From Phycisphaerae bacterium (GTDB lineage: Bacteria; Planctomycetota; Phycisphaerae; WQYP01), in NCBI GenBank assembly GCA_035545015.1, contig DASZZD010000060.1:85-64084 (forward strand): a stretch of DNA of 64,000 nucleotides, written 5' to 3'. Position 1 is the first letter of the stretch; every line of letters starts with the position of its first letter. The notes beneath the pieces are model-generated. The model was not told the origin of the DNA. It worked only from the letters and a program-made list of their open reading frames with translations, and did no database searches. Below are positions 46,171 to 55,660 of this stretch, piece by piece. Position numbers and translations under genes: made by a program.

Positions 46171-47595
46171 TCACGTCAACGCCGCCCCCGTCCGCGTCGG
46201 CTCTATCCGCTCCACCTTCCCCTCGCTCAACATCTTCTGATACTCATTCCAACTCATCTTCCCCTTCACCGTCGGTACCTCATCCATCGTGATGCACCCC
46301 TCCACCGGACACGCCAGCGCGCACATGTTGCACCCCACGCACACGTCCGTCTTCACCGTAAACACATCCACCGGGGTCGCCGTCTTCCCCACAACTCCCC
46401 CAGCAATCCCTTCCAGCGCCAGCGCCGGCGCCGCCTGATCCGCCCGCGTCTTCTTCGGCTCCCCGAATTTCTCCACGTACTCCCCCCGAGGCACCTTGTC
46501 CCACGCGATCGCCTGGTAACATCCGTCCTCGCACGCCGCATAACAAATCCCACAGTGAATGCACTTCTCCTCGTGAATGTGCGCAATCACTTTATAGTTC
46601 AAATCCAGGTCTCCCCACTTCCGAATACGCCCCACCGCCTTCCCTCGCAAATCCCCAATCGTCCCAAACCCCTTCTCCGCCATGTACCCCTCCAGCCCGC
46701 GAATCATGGCCTTCACGATCCCAAACCCCTTATGCATCACCGCTGTGCAAACCTGCACGCTCGTCGCCCCCAACAGCATGAATTCCACCGCATCATTCCA
46801 ACTCTTAATCCCCCCAATCCCCGACAGCGGCATTCCCGCCAATTCCGCATCCCCCGCCAAACTAGCAACCATGTGCAACGCCACCGGCTTCACCGCAGGT
46901 CCGCTATACCCCCCGTGCGGCCCCCATCCCCCCCCCCATGGCCGCGGCGCAAATGAATCGATGTCCACCCCCATGATCGAATTGATCGTGTTGATCAGCG
47001 ATATCCCGTCCGCACCTCCGCGCTTCGCCGCTCGCCCCACCGCCACAATGTCCGTCACGTTCGGCGTAAGCTTCACCAGCACCGGCAGCCGCGACGCTTC
47101 CTTCGCCCACCCCACGATCCGCTCGCAATACTCCGGCACCTGTCCCACCGCGCTGCCCTGCCCCCGCTCGTTCATCCCGTGCGGACACCCGAAATTCAGC
47201 TCAAACCCATCCACCCCCGAATCCCCAATCCGCTTGATCGCTTCATGCCACGCCTCCCGCGTGCTCGCCACCATCACCGACGCAATCACCGCACGATCCG
47301 GAAACTCCCGCTTCACCTCCGCAATCTCCCGCAGATTGTCCTCCAGCGGCCGATCCGAAATCAGCTCGATGTTGTTCAGCCCCATCAACCGCTGATTCCC
47401 CAGCGAAATCCCCCCATACCGCGACGCCACGTTCACCACTTGCTCCGTCGTCACCGTCTTCCACACCACTCCGCCCCACCCCGCCAAAAACGCGTTCCGC
47501 ACCTGATGCGCCGTATTCGTCGGCGGCCCACTCGACAACCAAAACGGATTCGGCGCCTTAATCCCCCCAACATTCACAGAAAGATCCGCCATCAA
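46171..47595 (-). CDS. preA: NAD-dependent dihydropyrimidine dehydrogenase subunit PreA (DHODH-like TIM barrel + 2x[4Fe-4S])
   Basis: 474 aa. GIKAPNPFWLSSGPPT, ELNFGCPHGM, VKLTPNVTDI, GISLINT, GYSGPAVKP. C-terminal CIHCGICYAAC and CVGCNMCALACP. Confidence 0.88.
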   Translation of the reverse strand: MMADLSVNVGGIKAPNPFWLSSGPPTNTAHQVRNAFLAGWGGVVWKTVTTEQVVNVASRYGGISLGNQRLMGLNNIELISDRPLEDNLREIAEVKREFPDRAVIASVMVASTREAWHEAIKRIGDSGVDGFELNFGCPHGMNERGQGSAVGQVPEYCERIVGWAKEASRLPVLVKLTPNVTDIVAVGRAAKRGGADGISLINTINSIMGVDIDSFAPRPWGGGWGPHGGYSGPAVKPVALHMVASLAGDAELAGMPLSGIGGIKSWNDAVEFMLLGATSVQVCTAVMHKGFGIVKAMIRGLEGYMAEKGFGTIGDLRGKAVGRIRKWGDLDLNYKVIAHIHEEKCIHCGICYAACEDGCYQAIAWDKVPRGEYVEKFGEPKKTRADQAAPALALEGIAGGVVGKTATPVDVFTVKTDVCVGCNMCALACPVEGCITMDEVPTVKGKMSWNEYQKMLSEGKVERIEPTRTGAALT

Positions 47596-47610
47596 AAAAC
47601 TCCCGGATAC

Positions 47611-47698
47611 GAGTAGTCAGAAGTCAGTAGTCAGAATACAGAAATTTCATTGCCACCACATTCCTCTGTTCATTGGGTCTACTGACTACTGACTACTC
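47611..47698. repeat. inverted GTCAGNA-heptamer arms forming a long intercistronic stem-loop
   Basis: Left arm GAGTAGTCAGAAGTCAGTAGTCAGA (47611-47635). Right arm TCTACTGACTACTGACTACTC (47678-47698). The outer 10 bp are perfectly complementary, with a 42-nt AT-richer loop. It lies between the dihydropyrimidinase stop (47702) and the preA start (47595). Confidence 0.85.
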
Positions 47699-47701
47699 GC
47701 A

Positions 47702-49087
47702 TCAAAAATGCGAAGGCTCCCGCCGCAAAAACTTCCCGCGCTTGTGATCCCCCACAAACTTCCCCTCCCGCACCGCCACCGCCCCACGCACCGTCACCAC
47801 GCTCGGCCGCCCCCCAATCTCCCACCCCTCAAACGCGTTGTAATCCACATTCTGCTTCTGCCTCTTCGCGCTCAGCACCCCCTGATAGTTCGGATCATAC
47901 ACCACCAGATCCGCATCGCTCCCCAGCGCAATCGTCCCCTTCCTCGGAAACAGCCCAAACAACTTCGCCGCATGTGTGCTGCACGCATCCACAAACCGAT
48001 TCAATCCGATCCGCCCCGTCTTCACCCCCTGCGTGAAAAACAGGTTCACCCGATCCTCAATCGCCGGTATCCCGTTCGGAATCTTCGTGAAATCCCCCTT
48101 CCCCATCACCTTCTGCGTCGCAAAATCAAACGGCGCATGATCCGTCGCCAGCGTCGAAATAAGCCCGCTCGCCAGCCCATCCCACAACACCTTCTGGTTC
48201 TTCTTATCCCGCAGCGGCGGACTCATCACATACTTCGCCCCCTCAAAATTCTCCTCCCGCTCTGCATAGCTCTTATCGATCAGCAAATACTGTATCAATG
48301 TCTCCACCCACGCATGCACTCCCCGAAACTTTGCATCCGCCGCCACCCGCAGCGCCTCCTCGCAGCTCAAATGCACCACGTACACATGCGCATCATGCAT
48401 CGCCGCGAACGTCATCAAGTGATGCGTCCCCTCCGCCTCGATCAGCGGCGGCCGGCTCTCATGGTGATACCCCTGCCCCGTCTTCCCCGCCGCCAACAAC
48501 TCCGCCTGCTTCTCCGCCACCGCCGTCGCATTCTCGCAATGCGCTGTCGTGATCACCCCCAGACTCTTCGCCAGTTTCAGCGTATTCCACAACTCCCCAT
48601 CATCAATCCCCAGCGCCCCCTTGTACGCCAGAAATACCTTGAAACTCGAAACCCCCGCCTTCACGATCTCCCGTAACTGCGATTCCGCCCCGCTGTCATA
48701 TCGCGTCACCCCCATGTGAAACGTGAAATCGCACGCGCTCTTCCCCTCCCCCTTCCCCTTCCACAACGCAAACGCCTCCAGCGGCTCCTCCGCCTTCCCC
48801 GGACAAATCATCTCAATGATCGTCGTCGTCCCCCCAACCAGCGCCGCTTCGCTCGCCGTCACGTAATCGTCCTTCGCATACGTCCCCATGAACGGCAAAT
48901 AAATATGTGTATGCGGATCGATAAATCCCGGAAATACATACTTCCCCGCCGCATCAATCACCTCCGCGCCCGGCGGCGCCTCCAGCCCCTTCCCGATCTT
49001 CGCAATCACCTCCCCCTCGCACAAAATATCCGCGACATACCGCTCCGTCGCCGTCACAATCTCGCCATTCCGTATCAACAACGCCAT
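47702..49087 (-). CDS. dihydropyrimidinase / D-hydantoinase
   Basis: MALLIRNGEIVT, GFIDPHTHIYLPFMG, carboxylated-Lys region FKVFLAYKG, HCEN, VHLS, ATDHAPF. Start set at ATG 49085-49087. Confidence 0.9.
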   Translation of the reverse strand: MALLIRNGEIVTATERYVADILCEGEVIAKIGKGLEAPPGAEVIDAAGKYVFPGFIDPHTHIYLPFMGTYAKDDYVTASEAALVGGTTTIIEMICPGKAEEPLEAFALWKGKGEGKSACDFTFHMGVTRYDSGAESQLREIVKAGVSSFKVFLAYKGALGIDDGELWNTLKLAKSLGVITTAHCENATAVAEKQAELLAAGKTGQGYHHESRPPLIEAEGTHHLMTFAAMHDAHVYVVHLSCEEALRVAADAKFRGVHAWVETLIQYLLIDKSYAEREENFEGAKYVMSPPLRDKKNQKVLWDGLASGLISTLATDHAPFDFATQKVMGKGDFTKIPNGIPAIEDRVNLFFTQGVKTGRIGLNRFVDACSTHAAKLFGLFPRKGTIALGSDADLVVYDPNYQGVLSAKRQKQNVDYNAFEGWEIGGRPSVVTVRGAVAVREGKFVGDHKRGKFLRREPSHF

Positions 49088-49320
49088 CGCGCAAACTCCT
49101 GTCGCCGATCCCCGCACCGCCTCCAGCCGGCCCGCGCCCACCGCGCGCCGCCACGCCGCACACGCCTTACGCTTCCGCTGGAATCACGCCATACCGCAAA
49201 AAGTATATCCCCCGCCCCCACCCCCATCCACCCGCCCGCCTCCATCCCTCAATCTCGCCGCAACGCCGCGACCTCACACACCCTGTGCGCCCATCCCCAC
49301 CGTACCCCCTCCCCGCCCCC

Positions 49321-50592
49321 TTACAGCGGCACATCCCCAATCGCCTTGTCCGTCAACTTCTCATACCCCCACTGCGCCTCCGCTATCAGCAAATCCCGAC
49401 CCACCGACGCCCACTCCCCCGTCACCCCCGCCGTGATCGGCACCAGCGCAATGTCCGAAAACGACAACGCCAGCTCGAAAATCGAAAACCCCTTCCCACG
49501 CTCCTCCTCAATCTTCTTATACCTGGCAATCACAGGCTTCAACGCCGCCTCCATCGCCTGCACACGCTTCTGCAAATCCCCGATCTTCCCGATCAACTCC
49601 ATCACCTTGTTATTCAGCGGCATGATCGTCGTGTTCAGCCGGCTCTTGATCTGCGACAAATACGCGTTCACCTTCCCGTCCGGTATCCCCCGCTTGTGCA
49701 ATACCTCCGCCGCCTTCGCCACAATCTCGTTCTCCGCCACCTCCGATTGCTTCAGCACCTTGTTCAGCGTCTGCGCAAGCGCATGCGACTTCACATCGAT
49801 CCCCTGCGTCTTCGCCTTCACCGTCTTCACCTGGTCGCTCGTGTTCTTGATGTTCGGCCCCGCTATCCCGATGAACTGATTCAACACGATCGACGCCGCC
49901 TCGTTCACCTTCCCCAGCGCCGTGATCTTCCCCTTCGCGTCCAGAAACGCCTTCTCCATCGCCGCCATCTGCACCTGCAGGACCTTGAACGCCTCCTCCA
50001 CCTCCAATAGCGCGCTGGCAATCTCCTTCGTCAGCACGATCGCGCTCTTGATCAACCCGATGATCCCCATCACCGTCGTGAAGCCCCCCGTGAACGCCCC
50101 CGTCGCCGCCGACGCAATGCTCGCCGCCAGCCCCGCGACCGCTCCCGTGATCGTCGCCCCCACCTTGATCTTGTACTTCTTATACTCCGCATGCGACTGC
50201 AGATATTTGTCATAGCACCCCAGCGCATCCTTCGTCGCATTCTCCTTCGCGATCCCCATCTGCTGCTCCACCATCGTCTTCATCTTCCCCGGTATCTGCT
50301 TCACCAGGTCGATGTGCCCCTCATCCCGCTGCGCCCGCCCGATCACCTCGAATTTCTTGAAATCATCCGCCAGCGACGCCACCAGCTTCTTATACGTCGG
50401 CCCAATCTGGTCGTGCATCTTCTGCAACAGCAGCGGGTCCTTCGTCAACGCCTTCTCCAGCTCCGGAGGCATCTCCACCTCCACATGAAAATCCAGCCCC
50501 TCCGGCAACACCAGCACCTGCAACGTCCCCACCGCCGCCGCCAAATCCGACTTCATCTTCCCGTTGTCATCAAACACCACATGCTTCGACAT
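49321..50592 (-). CDS. orphan helical protein with central hydrophobic hairpin (unknown family)
   Basis: 423 aa, Lys/Glu/Ala-rich and predicted mostly helical. One ~45-aa small-residue hydrophobic block (GATITGAVAGLAASIASAATGAFTGGFTTVMGIIGLIKSAIVL). No signal peptide. Flanked by 178- and 263-nt gaps. Confidence 0.7.
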   Translation of the reverse strand: MSKHVVFDDNGKMKSDLAAAVGTLQVLVLPEGLDFHVEVEMPPELEKALTKDPLLLQKMHDQIGPTYKKLVASLADDFKKFEVIGRAQRDEGHIDLVKQIPGKMKTMVEQQMGIAKENATKDALGCYDKYLQSHAEYKKYKIKVGATITGAVAGLAASIASAATGAFTGGFTTVMGIIGLIKSAIVLTKEIASALLEVEEAFKVLQVQMAAMEKAFLDAKGKITALGKVNEAASIVLNQFIGIAGPNIKNTSDQVKTVKAKTQGIDVKSHALAQTLNKVLKQSEVAENEIVAKAAEVLHKRGIPDGKVNAYLSQIKSRLNTTIMPLNNKVMELIGKIGDLQKRVQAMEAALKPVIARYKKIEEERGKGFSIFELALSFSDIALVPITAGVTGEWASVGRDLLIAEAQWGYEKLTDKAIGDVPL

Positions 50593-50855
50593 GCCGCACC
50601 TTCCTCATCAACCCGCCCCGCCCACACCGCGCAACCATATCACATTCACGAAATTCCAGCCACTCCTTCCACCATATCTACACGCACGCGCCGCCCCCAT
50701 CATCCCTCATCCGTCGCGCTCCTCCAGCGCCCCAAAGATCCCCTGTCAACCACTCCGAACATTCTGGATGCTCGCCCACCTCATGCCGAAAAAGCGCTCA
50801 TCCATCACCAGCCCTGTCGCCATCGTTCATCGCCTTTCATCTGGCTGTACAACGA

Positions 50856-52073
50856 TCATAGATCATCCACGGGAAAGTCCGGAATTTGCGTGAAACCAAT
50901 GCGCGTTGGGGCGACTTCCTGCATGCCGTGCATGTCCGCGAAATACACAGTGTCGCCGCCAAATCTGTCGTTCAGGGAATCCAGCGCGTACGACAGCGCC
51001 AGGCGATGCTGGTCGGCGGGAAACAGCGACAGCGTCGTCGAGCGCGGGTTCGTCAGCTTGTACAGCGTGACCGCCACCTGCGTCGGATGATCGCCCGGCG
51101 GCGGTGATTGCCACAGGATATTGAACGCCTCCAGCATGCTCAGCGTGTCCTGGCATTGCTGCAACGGAATGGCCGCTTTCCACCCCTCTTCACGGAAGGT
51201 GAACGAAATGTACACTTCGAGCAGGCTGGCGCAATGGTTCAGGCGGCGCAATCGCGCGGCAACTTTGTGAATCAGCCGGATCAGCACCGCCCGCGCGCCT
51301 TCCCTCGTCCGCAGCTCCGGCGGCAGTACGTGGGAATGGCCGACGCTCGATCGCCGCGTCGGGGCTTCTGGCACGTTGAAGCCCCGCAGCCAATACCACC
51401 ACCGCTGCCCCACCACGCCACCCCAGATGTTCTTAAGCTGCAATTCCGAAAGTCCGCAGAGTTCTTCTACCGTGGTGATCCCCGCGGTCGCCAGACGCAG
51501 CAGCATCCGGGATCCGATGCCCGGCAAATCATTCAGATGCAACGGATGCAGGGCGCGGGGAAGGTCGGAGTCGTTCAACACCACGAGCCCATCGGGTTTC
51601 TGCATGTCCGCCGCCACCTTGGCCAGCAAACGGTTGGGCGCCAAGCCGATCGAGCATTTCAAACACGGCCCGACATGGTTGTAAATCGCGCACTTCACCC
51701 GCTGCGCAAGGGCCAGGGCAGCGTCAGGATCGATCTGCCGCGCATCAAGCAGGCAGGACATTTCATCAATCGAATGCACCCCGTGGACAGGAATGCACGT
51801 TTCCACCGCTTTGATGATTTTGTGATGGACGCGCACGTACATCTCCGGCCGCGCTTCAATCACGCGGACCTCCTTATGCAACCGTGCCTGCCAGACCGGC
51901 GTCCCCGTGCGCAGACCCAGCCGCTTCGCTTCATAACTCGCCGCTATACAGCACGTGGAATCCACATCCAGCGCGGCAACCACCACCGGATGTCCGCGCA
52001 ATTCCGGCCGCAGGTGCTGCTCGACCGACGCGAAATAGGAATTCATGTCCAAAAAAAGCACACGCAGTGGCAT
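50856..52073 (-). CDS. dinB: Y-family DNA polymerase (DinB/Pol IV-like)
   Basis: MPLRVLFLDMNSYFASVEQ, CIAASYEAKRLG, HSIDEMSCLL (catalytic DE), LPGIGSRM. Start set at ATG 52071-52073; the ORF-track TTG 52106 would overlap the radical SAM stop. Confidence 0.85.
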   Translation of the reverse strand: MPLRVLFLDMNSYFASVEQHLRPELRGHPVVVAALDVDSTCCIAASYEAKRLGLRTGTPVWQARLHKEVRVIEARPEMYVRVHHKIIKAVETCIPVHGVHSIDEMSCLLDARQIDPDAALALAQRVKCAIYNHVGPCLKCSIGLAPNRLLAKVAADMQKPDGLVVLNDSDLPRALHPLHLNDLPGIGSRMLLRLATAGITTVEELCGLSELQLKNIWGGVVGQRWWYWLRGFNVPEAPTRRSSVGHSHVLPPELRTREGARAVLIRLIHKVAARLRRLNHCASLLEVYISFTFREEGWKAAIPLQQCQDTLSMLEAFNILWQSPPPGDHPTQVAVTLYKLTNPRSTTLSLFPADQHRLALSYALDSLNDRFGGDTVYFADMHGMQEVAPTRIGFTQIPDFPVDDL

Positions 52074-52102
52074 AACGCTTCTCCAGGAAAAACGCGTGCT
52101 GT

Positions 52103-53227
52103 TCAAAACAACCGCATCTGCCCCCCCACATCCGGCCGCCGAAAATTCGCCGTCGACAGCGGCCGCACATCCCGATTCAACCCATACTTCCGCGTGAACA
52201 CGTCAAACGTCTGCGCAATGCTCTCCACCAGCGCCCCGCGCCCGTGCCGCCGCTCGCGCGATGCCTGGTACAGCTTCCCCCCGCGCGCCTGCCGGATCAG
52301 CGACTCCACCTTCTTCGCCCGCTCCGGATGCACCGACCGCTGCAACCATTCCAGAAACAAATCCTTCAACTGGTACGGCAGCCGCAGCAACACCCACGCC
52401 GCCCGCTGCGCACCCGCGTGCGCTACCGCCTCCAAGATCCGCGGCAACTCCGTGTCCGTCAGCCCCGGGATGATCGGCGCCACGTTCACCGACACCGGCA
52501 CCCCCGCCGCCGTCAATTCCCGGATCACCCGCAGCCGCCCCGCCGGCGACGACGCCCGCGGCTCCAGTTTCTCCGCCAATTCCGCATCCAGCGTCACCAG
52601 CGTCACCACCACCCGCCCCGCGTTCATCGCCGCCAGCCGCTGCCACAAATCCACATCCCGCAGCACCAGCGCGCTCTTCGTCATCGTTGTCACCGCCTGC
52701 CCGCACTCCGCCATCACCTCCAGGCATCCCCGCGCAATCCGCATCTTGTGTTCCAGCGGCTGATAAATGTCCGTGATCGCCGACATCACGATCGGCTCCC
52801 CCTTCCACCGCGCCTCCGCCAGCTCCTTCCGCAACAGCTCCGGCGCGTCCGGCTTCGCCAGAATCTTCGTCTCAAAATCCAGCCCGCAACTGAACCCCAG
52901 GAATTCATGGAACGGCCGCGCAAAACAATAAATGCACCCGTGCTCGCACCCCCGATACGGATTCACCGTCCAATCGAAAGGCACATCGGACGTCTTGGCC
53001 ACCTCATTGATAATCCGCTGCGTCCGATCGAAAAACACCTGCCGCTCCACCCGCCGCAACCCCGCCCCTCCCTCCTCCGCCCGCTCCACCATCTGCCGAT
53101 CGATCTCCTCCCCCAGCACGTGCAGCCGCACCCGCTCAAACCGATTCCCCGGATTCAACCCCGCCCCACGCCGATGCGCCGGCCCCTGTGCCAGCGCGTC
53201 CCGATACAAAAACTCATCCTCGCTCAT
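52103..53227 (-). CDS. radical SAM protein, SplB/PA0069-like (COG1533 'DNA repair photolyase')
   Basis: NPYRGCEHGCIYCFARP (CxxxCxxC). N-terminal GAGLNPGNRFE motif typical of the PA0069 family. Start set at ATG 53225-53227 (MSEDEF) with GGAGG upstream. Confidence 0.8.
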   Translation of the reverse strand: MSEDEFLYRDALAQGPAHRRGAGLNPGNRFERVRLHVLGEEIDRQMVERAEEGGAGLRRVERQVFFDRTQRIINEVAKTSDVPFDWTVNPYRGCEHGCIYCFARPFHEFLGFSCGLDFETKILAKPDAPELLRKELAEARWKGEPIVMSAITDIYQPLEHKMRIARGCLEVMAECGQAVTTMTKSALVLRDVDLWQRLAAMNAGRVVVTLVTLDAELAEKLEPRASSPAGRLRVIRELTAAGVPVSVNVAPIIPGLTDTELPRILEAVAHAGAQRAAWVLLRLPYQLKDLFLEWLQRSVHPERAKKVESLIRQARGGKLYQASRERRHGRGALVESIAQTFDVFTRKYGLNRDVRPLSTANFRRPDVGGQMRLF

Positions 53228-53261
53228 AACCGCCTCCGCCAACGAAACAGCGCCTGCCGCC

Positions 53262-53300
53262 AGATATAACAAATACCTAACAAAATACAACCACCAAATT
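53262..53300 (-). promoter_or_regulatory. AT-rich island with direct repeats in the divergent promoter region (candidate promoter/operator of the radical SAM-dinB pair)
   Basis: The + strand reads ATAACAAATAC (53266-53276) then CTAACAAAATAC (53277-53288). On the - strand, TTGTAT-N16-TATATC can be read. This is the only AT-rich patch for kilobases. Confidence 0.3.
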
Positions 53301-53379
53301 CTCCGCCCCGCCGTGCAGCCGCCCCACGAATTTCCGCGCTTGTCCACAGTTCCCGCCCCCCCTTATAGTTACAACCGTC

Positions 53380-54018
53380 ATGGATGGACGCCACTACCGT
53401 GAATCGCTGCGCCGCCTGCGCCTCTTCGCGCAGGAAGCTCCCCTCACCCCCGACGCCGTCTCCAAAATCGTCCAGCCCTTCATCGACCAGTGGAAGCCCA
53501 TCGCCGTCCCCAACCTCAAAGACGCGCGTGCCCCCATGCAACCCTTCCTCTCACCCGCCTCCCTCGACGATCTCACCGCGCGCATCCGCGCCATCGGCAT
53601 GAACCTCCACAAGTCCGGCCTCAAGGGCATCCACTACCACAACGCCTTCCAGAAACAACTCGCCGCCCTCGCCGAAGTCTTCGACGCCCGCGGTTGGAAC
53701 GAATCCCCCGCCCTCTTCGACGACCCCGACCTCGCCCCCGCGCCTGCCGATCACCCCACCCAACGCGCCGGCCGCGTCGACGTCGTCTGGTCCGCCCCCG
53801 ACCGCACCCCCGTCCTCATCATGGAAATCGATTCCACCGTCAAAGCCCGCTCCTTCCAGAAACTCAAGGAAGCCGCCGCGCCCCACAAACTCTGGATCTA
53901 CTTCGGCCGCGATATCTGGGCCTTCCGCATGTTCCTCGCCGCCAACGACCCCGACCGCCGCATCACCCCCATCCTCATCCCCCACACCTTCGTCCCCACC
54001 TTCGACGACGTCGTGTGA
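53380..54018 (+). CDS. hypothetical protein (possible PD-(D/E)xK-like C-terminal core)
   Basis: 212 aa, divergent from the radical SAM gene. The C-terminal GRVDVVW...PVLIMEIDSTVKARSFQKL is reminiscent of nuclease cores, but the motif is not canonical. Confidence 0.55.
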   Translation: MDGRHYRESLRRLRLFAQEAPLTPDAVSKIVQPFIDQWKPIAVPNLKDARAPMQPFLSPASLDDLTARIRAIGMNLHKSGLKGIHYHNAFQKQLAALAEVFDARGWNESPALFDDPDLAPAPADHPTQRAGRVDVVWSAPDRTPVLIMEIDSTVKARSFQKLKEAAAPHKLWIYFGRDIWAFRMFLAANDPDRRITPILIPHTFVPTFDDVV

Positions 54019-54045
54019 ATTCCTTCCCACCCACACCGCCTGCCT

Positions 54046-55561
54046 TCACTTGCCCACGCTGACCACCAGGTCATCCGCCTTCCCCCCATCATCCTTCCCG
54101 TTGACCCCCACCGACTTCAACGTATACCCCCCATCCGCCGGATAATAAATCAGCCCCTTCCCCGACAGCGGATCGCTCGTATCCACCCCCGCCCCCAACT
54201 CCTGCAGCCCCATCGGAAACGCCCCATTCTTCCGCCGATACTGCTCCAGCCGCACCGCCAGCAGCACCAACTTCCGCTGCACCTCCCGCGCCTCCAGCAA
54301 ACGGTCATAGCTCCTCACCTGCTCCGGCAGAAGCCCAAACATATCCGACACCCGCACGCTGTAAGCCTCCACGCTCTCCCCCGGTTTCCTCTTCAAAAAC
54401 GCCTCCACCGCCTCCTTCCTCTTTCCCGTCCCTGTTCCCATCTCAATCTCATCCAGCGTCGCCGCATCGAAAGGATGCGCTGGCCCCGGCAGCTTCTCCA
54501 ACGCCGCCTGCCGCTCCGCAAACGTCGGCAGCCCCTCCGCCGCCTCGATCGCCGCCGTCTTCGCATGCACCGTCTTGAGCACCGTGTCCCAGTCTGCGCT
54601 CGCAAGGTCCCCCGGATCCACCTGATCGCCCGGCAGAATCCCCATTGCCTCGATCCGCAAAAATGTCTCCCTGCCCCCCAATGCACGACATCACCGTCCC
54701 CGGCGCCAGCAGATACTCCACATCAATCACCGGCCGCTCTGGCAGATCAATCGTCCGATCCTCCAACTCCCGCCCCACCGCCGCCAATTGCTCATCCGTC
54801 AAATCCATCTTCGTCACCATCCCCGCATACGCCGTCCACGCCGCCCTCGCCGCCGCCGCCCCCTCCAGCACCGCCAGTTCCGTCCGCCCCTGCACCTGCA
54901 GCGCCCCCAGCTTCCTCACCTCCCGCAACTCCGACAGCGCCCCCGCCACATCCTTCGCCCCCGCCAGACGCATCGCCTCGCACATCAGCGCATCCCGCTC
55001 CATCGACACATCCGCCTGCAGCGGTATGGCGCTCAGTACATCCCCACGCCCATGCTCCGCCACCCACGGCAAATAAAACCGCGGCCGCTCCGCCCCAACC
55101 CTGATCCTCGCCAGCCCCGCCTTGTTCGCATCCAGCCACGCCGCAATCACCGGAAATTCCTTCTCCGTCCACGGCCGCCGCCGCGCCTCCATCTCCCGAT
55201 CCCCCAGCACATCGACATCGATATCCAGATGCTGCTCCAGCGCAAAGTCCTCCAGGCTCTTCATCGCCGGCACCAGCGCCCCACCCTTCACCCCCAGCGC
55301 CGCCAACTCCTCCTTCGTCTTGCCCACCGGCGCAAACACCCCCAGCAAAACCACCGCCGCATTATTCTCCGCCGTCACCCCCTTCGACAGCCGCTCATTG
55401 ATCGCCCCCACATAATCCAGCGTCCCATCATCCCACATCGGCCCATTGATCACCGTCGTCTCCGCCCCCACCGTATACGGCCGCGCCGCCGGCCCCGCCG
55501 CGTACACCACTCCCGCTCCCGACACCATCACCGCCGCACAAACAAAACTGGCAACCCGCAT
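54046..55561 (-). pseudogene. secreted protein with GspG-like C-terminal motif, frameshifted (paralogue A)
   Basis: ORF-track 54449..55561 (signal peptide, AGPAARPYTVGAETTV...) and 54046..54681 (...DPLSGKGLIYYPADGGYTLKSVGVNGKDDGG) are one gene. The frames join at a C6 run (54674-54679). Removing one base gives CIGGRETFLRIEAMGILPGDQVDPGDLASADWDTVL, which aligns with paralogue B. Confidence 0.75.
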
Positions 55562-55660
55562 ATACGCTCCTCATCATCCAGCCACCAGCCCCACACCTCC
55601 GTCCCCAGCCTCGACGTCGTGGTGGAAGCGATGGTCCTCTTGACACAGGATTGCGGACTT

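Noticed and set aside
50871-50882. GGGAAAGTCCGG, resembling the universally conserved GGAAAGUCCGG of RNase P RNA.
   Set aside because: It lies inside the dinB coding sequence, at its C-terminal end. None of the other conserved RNase P helices or motifs is nearby, so I treat it as a chance match.
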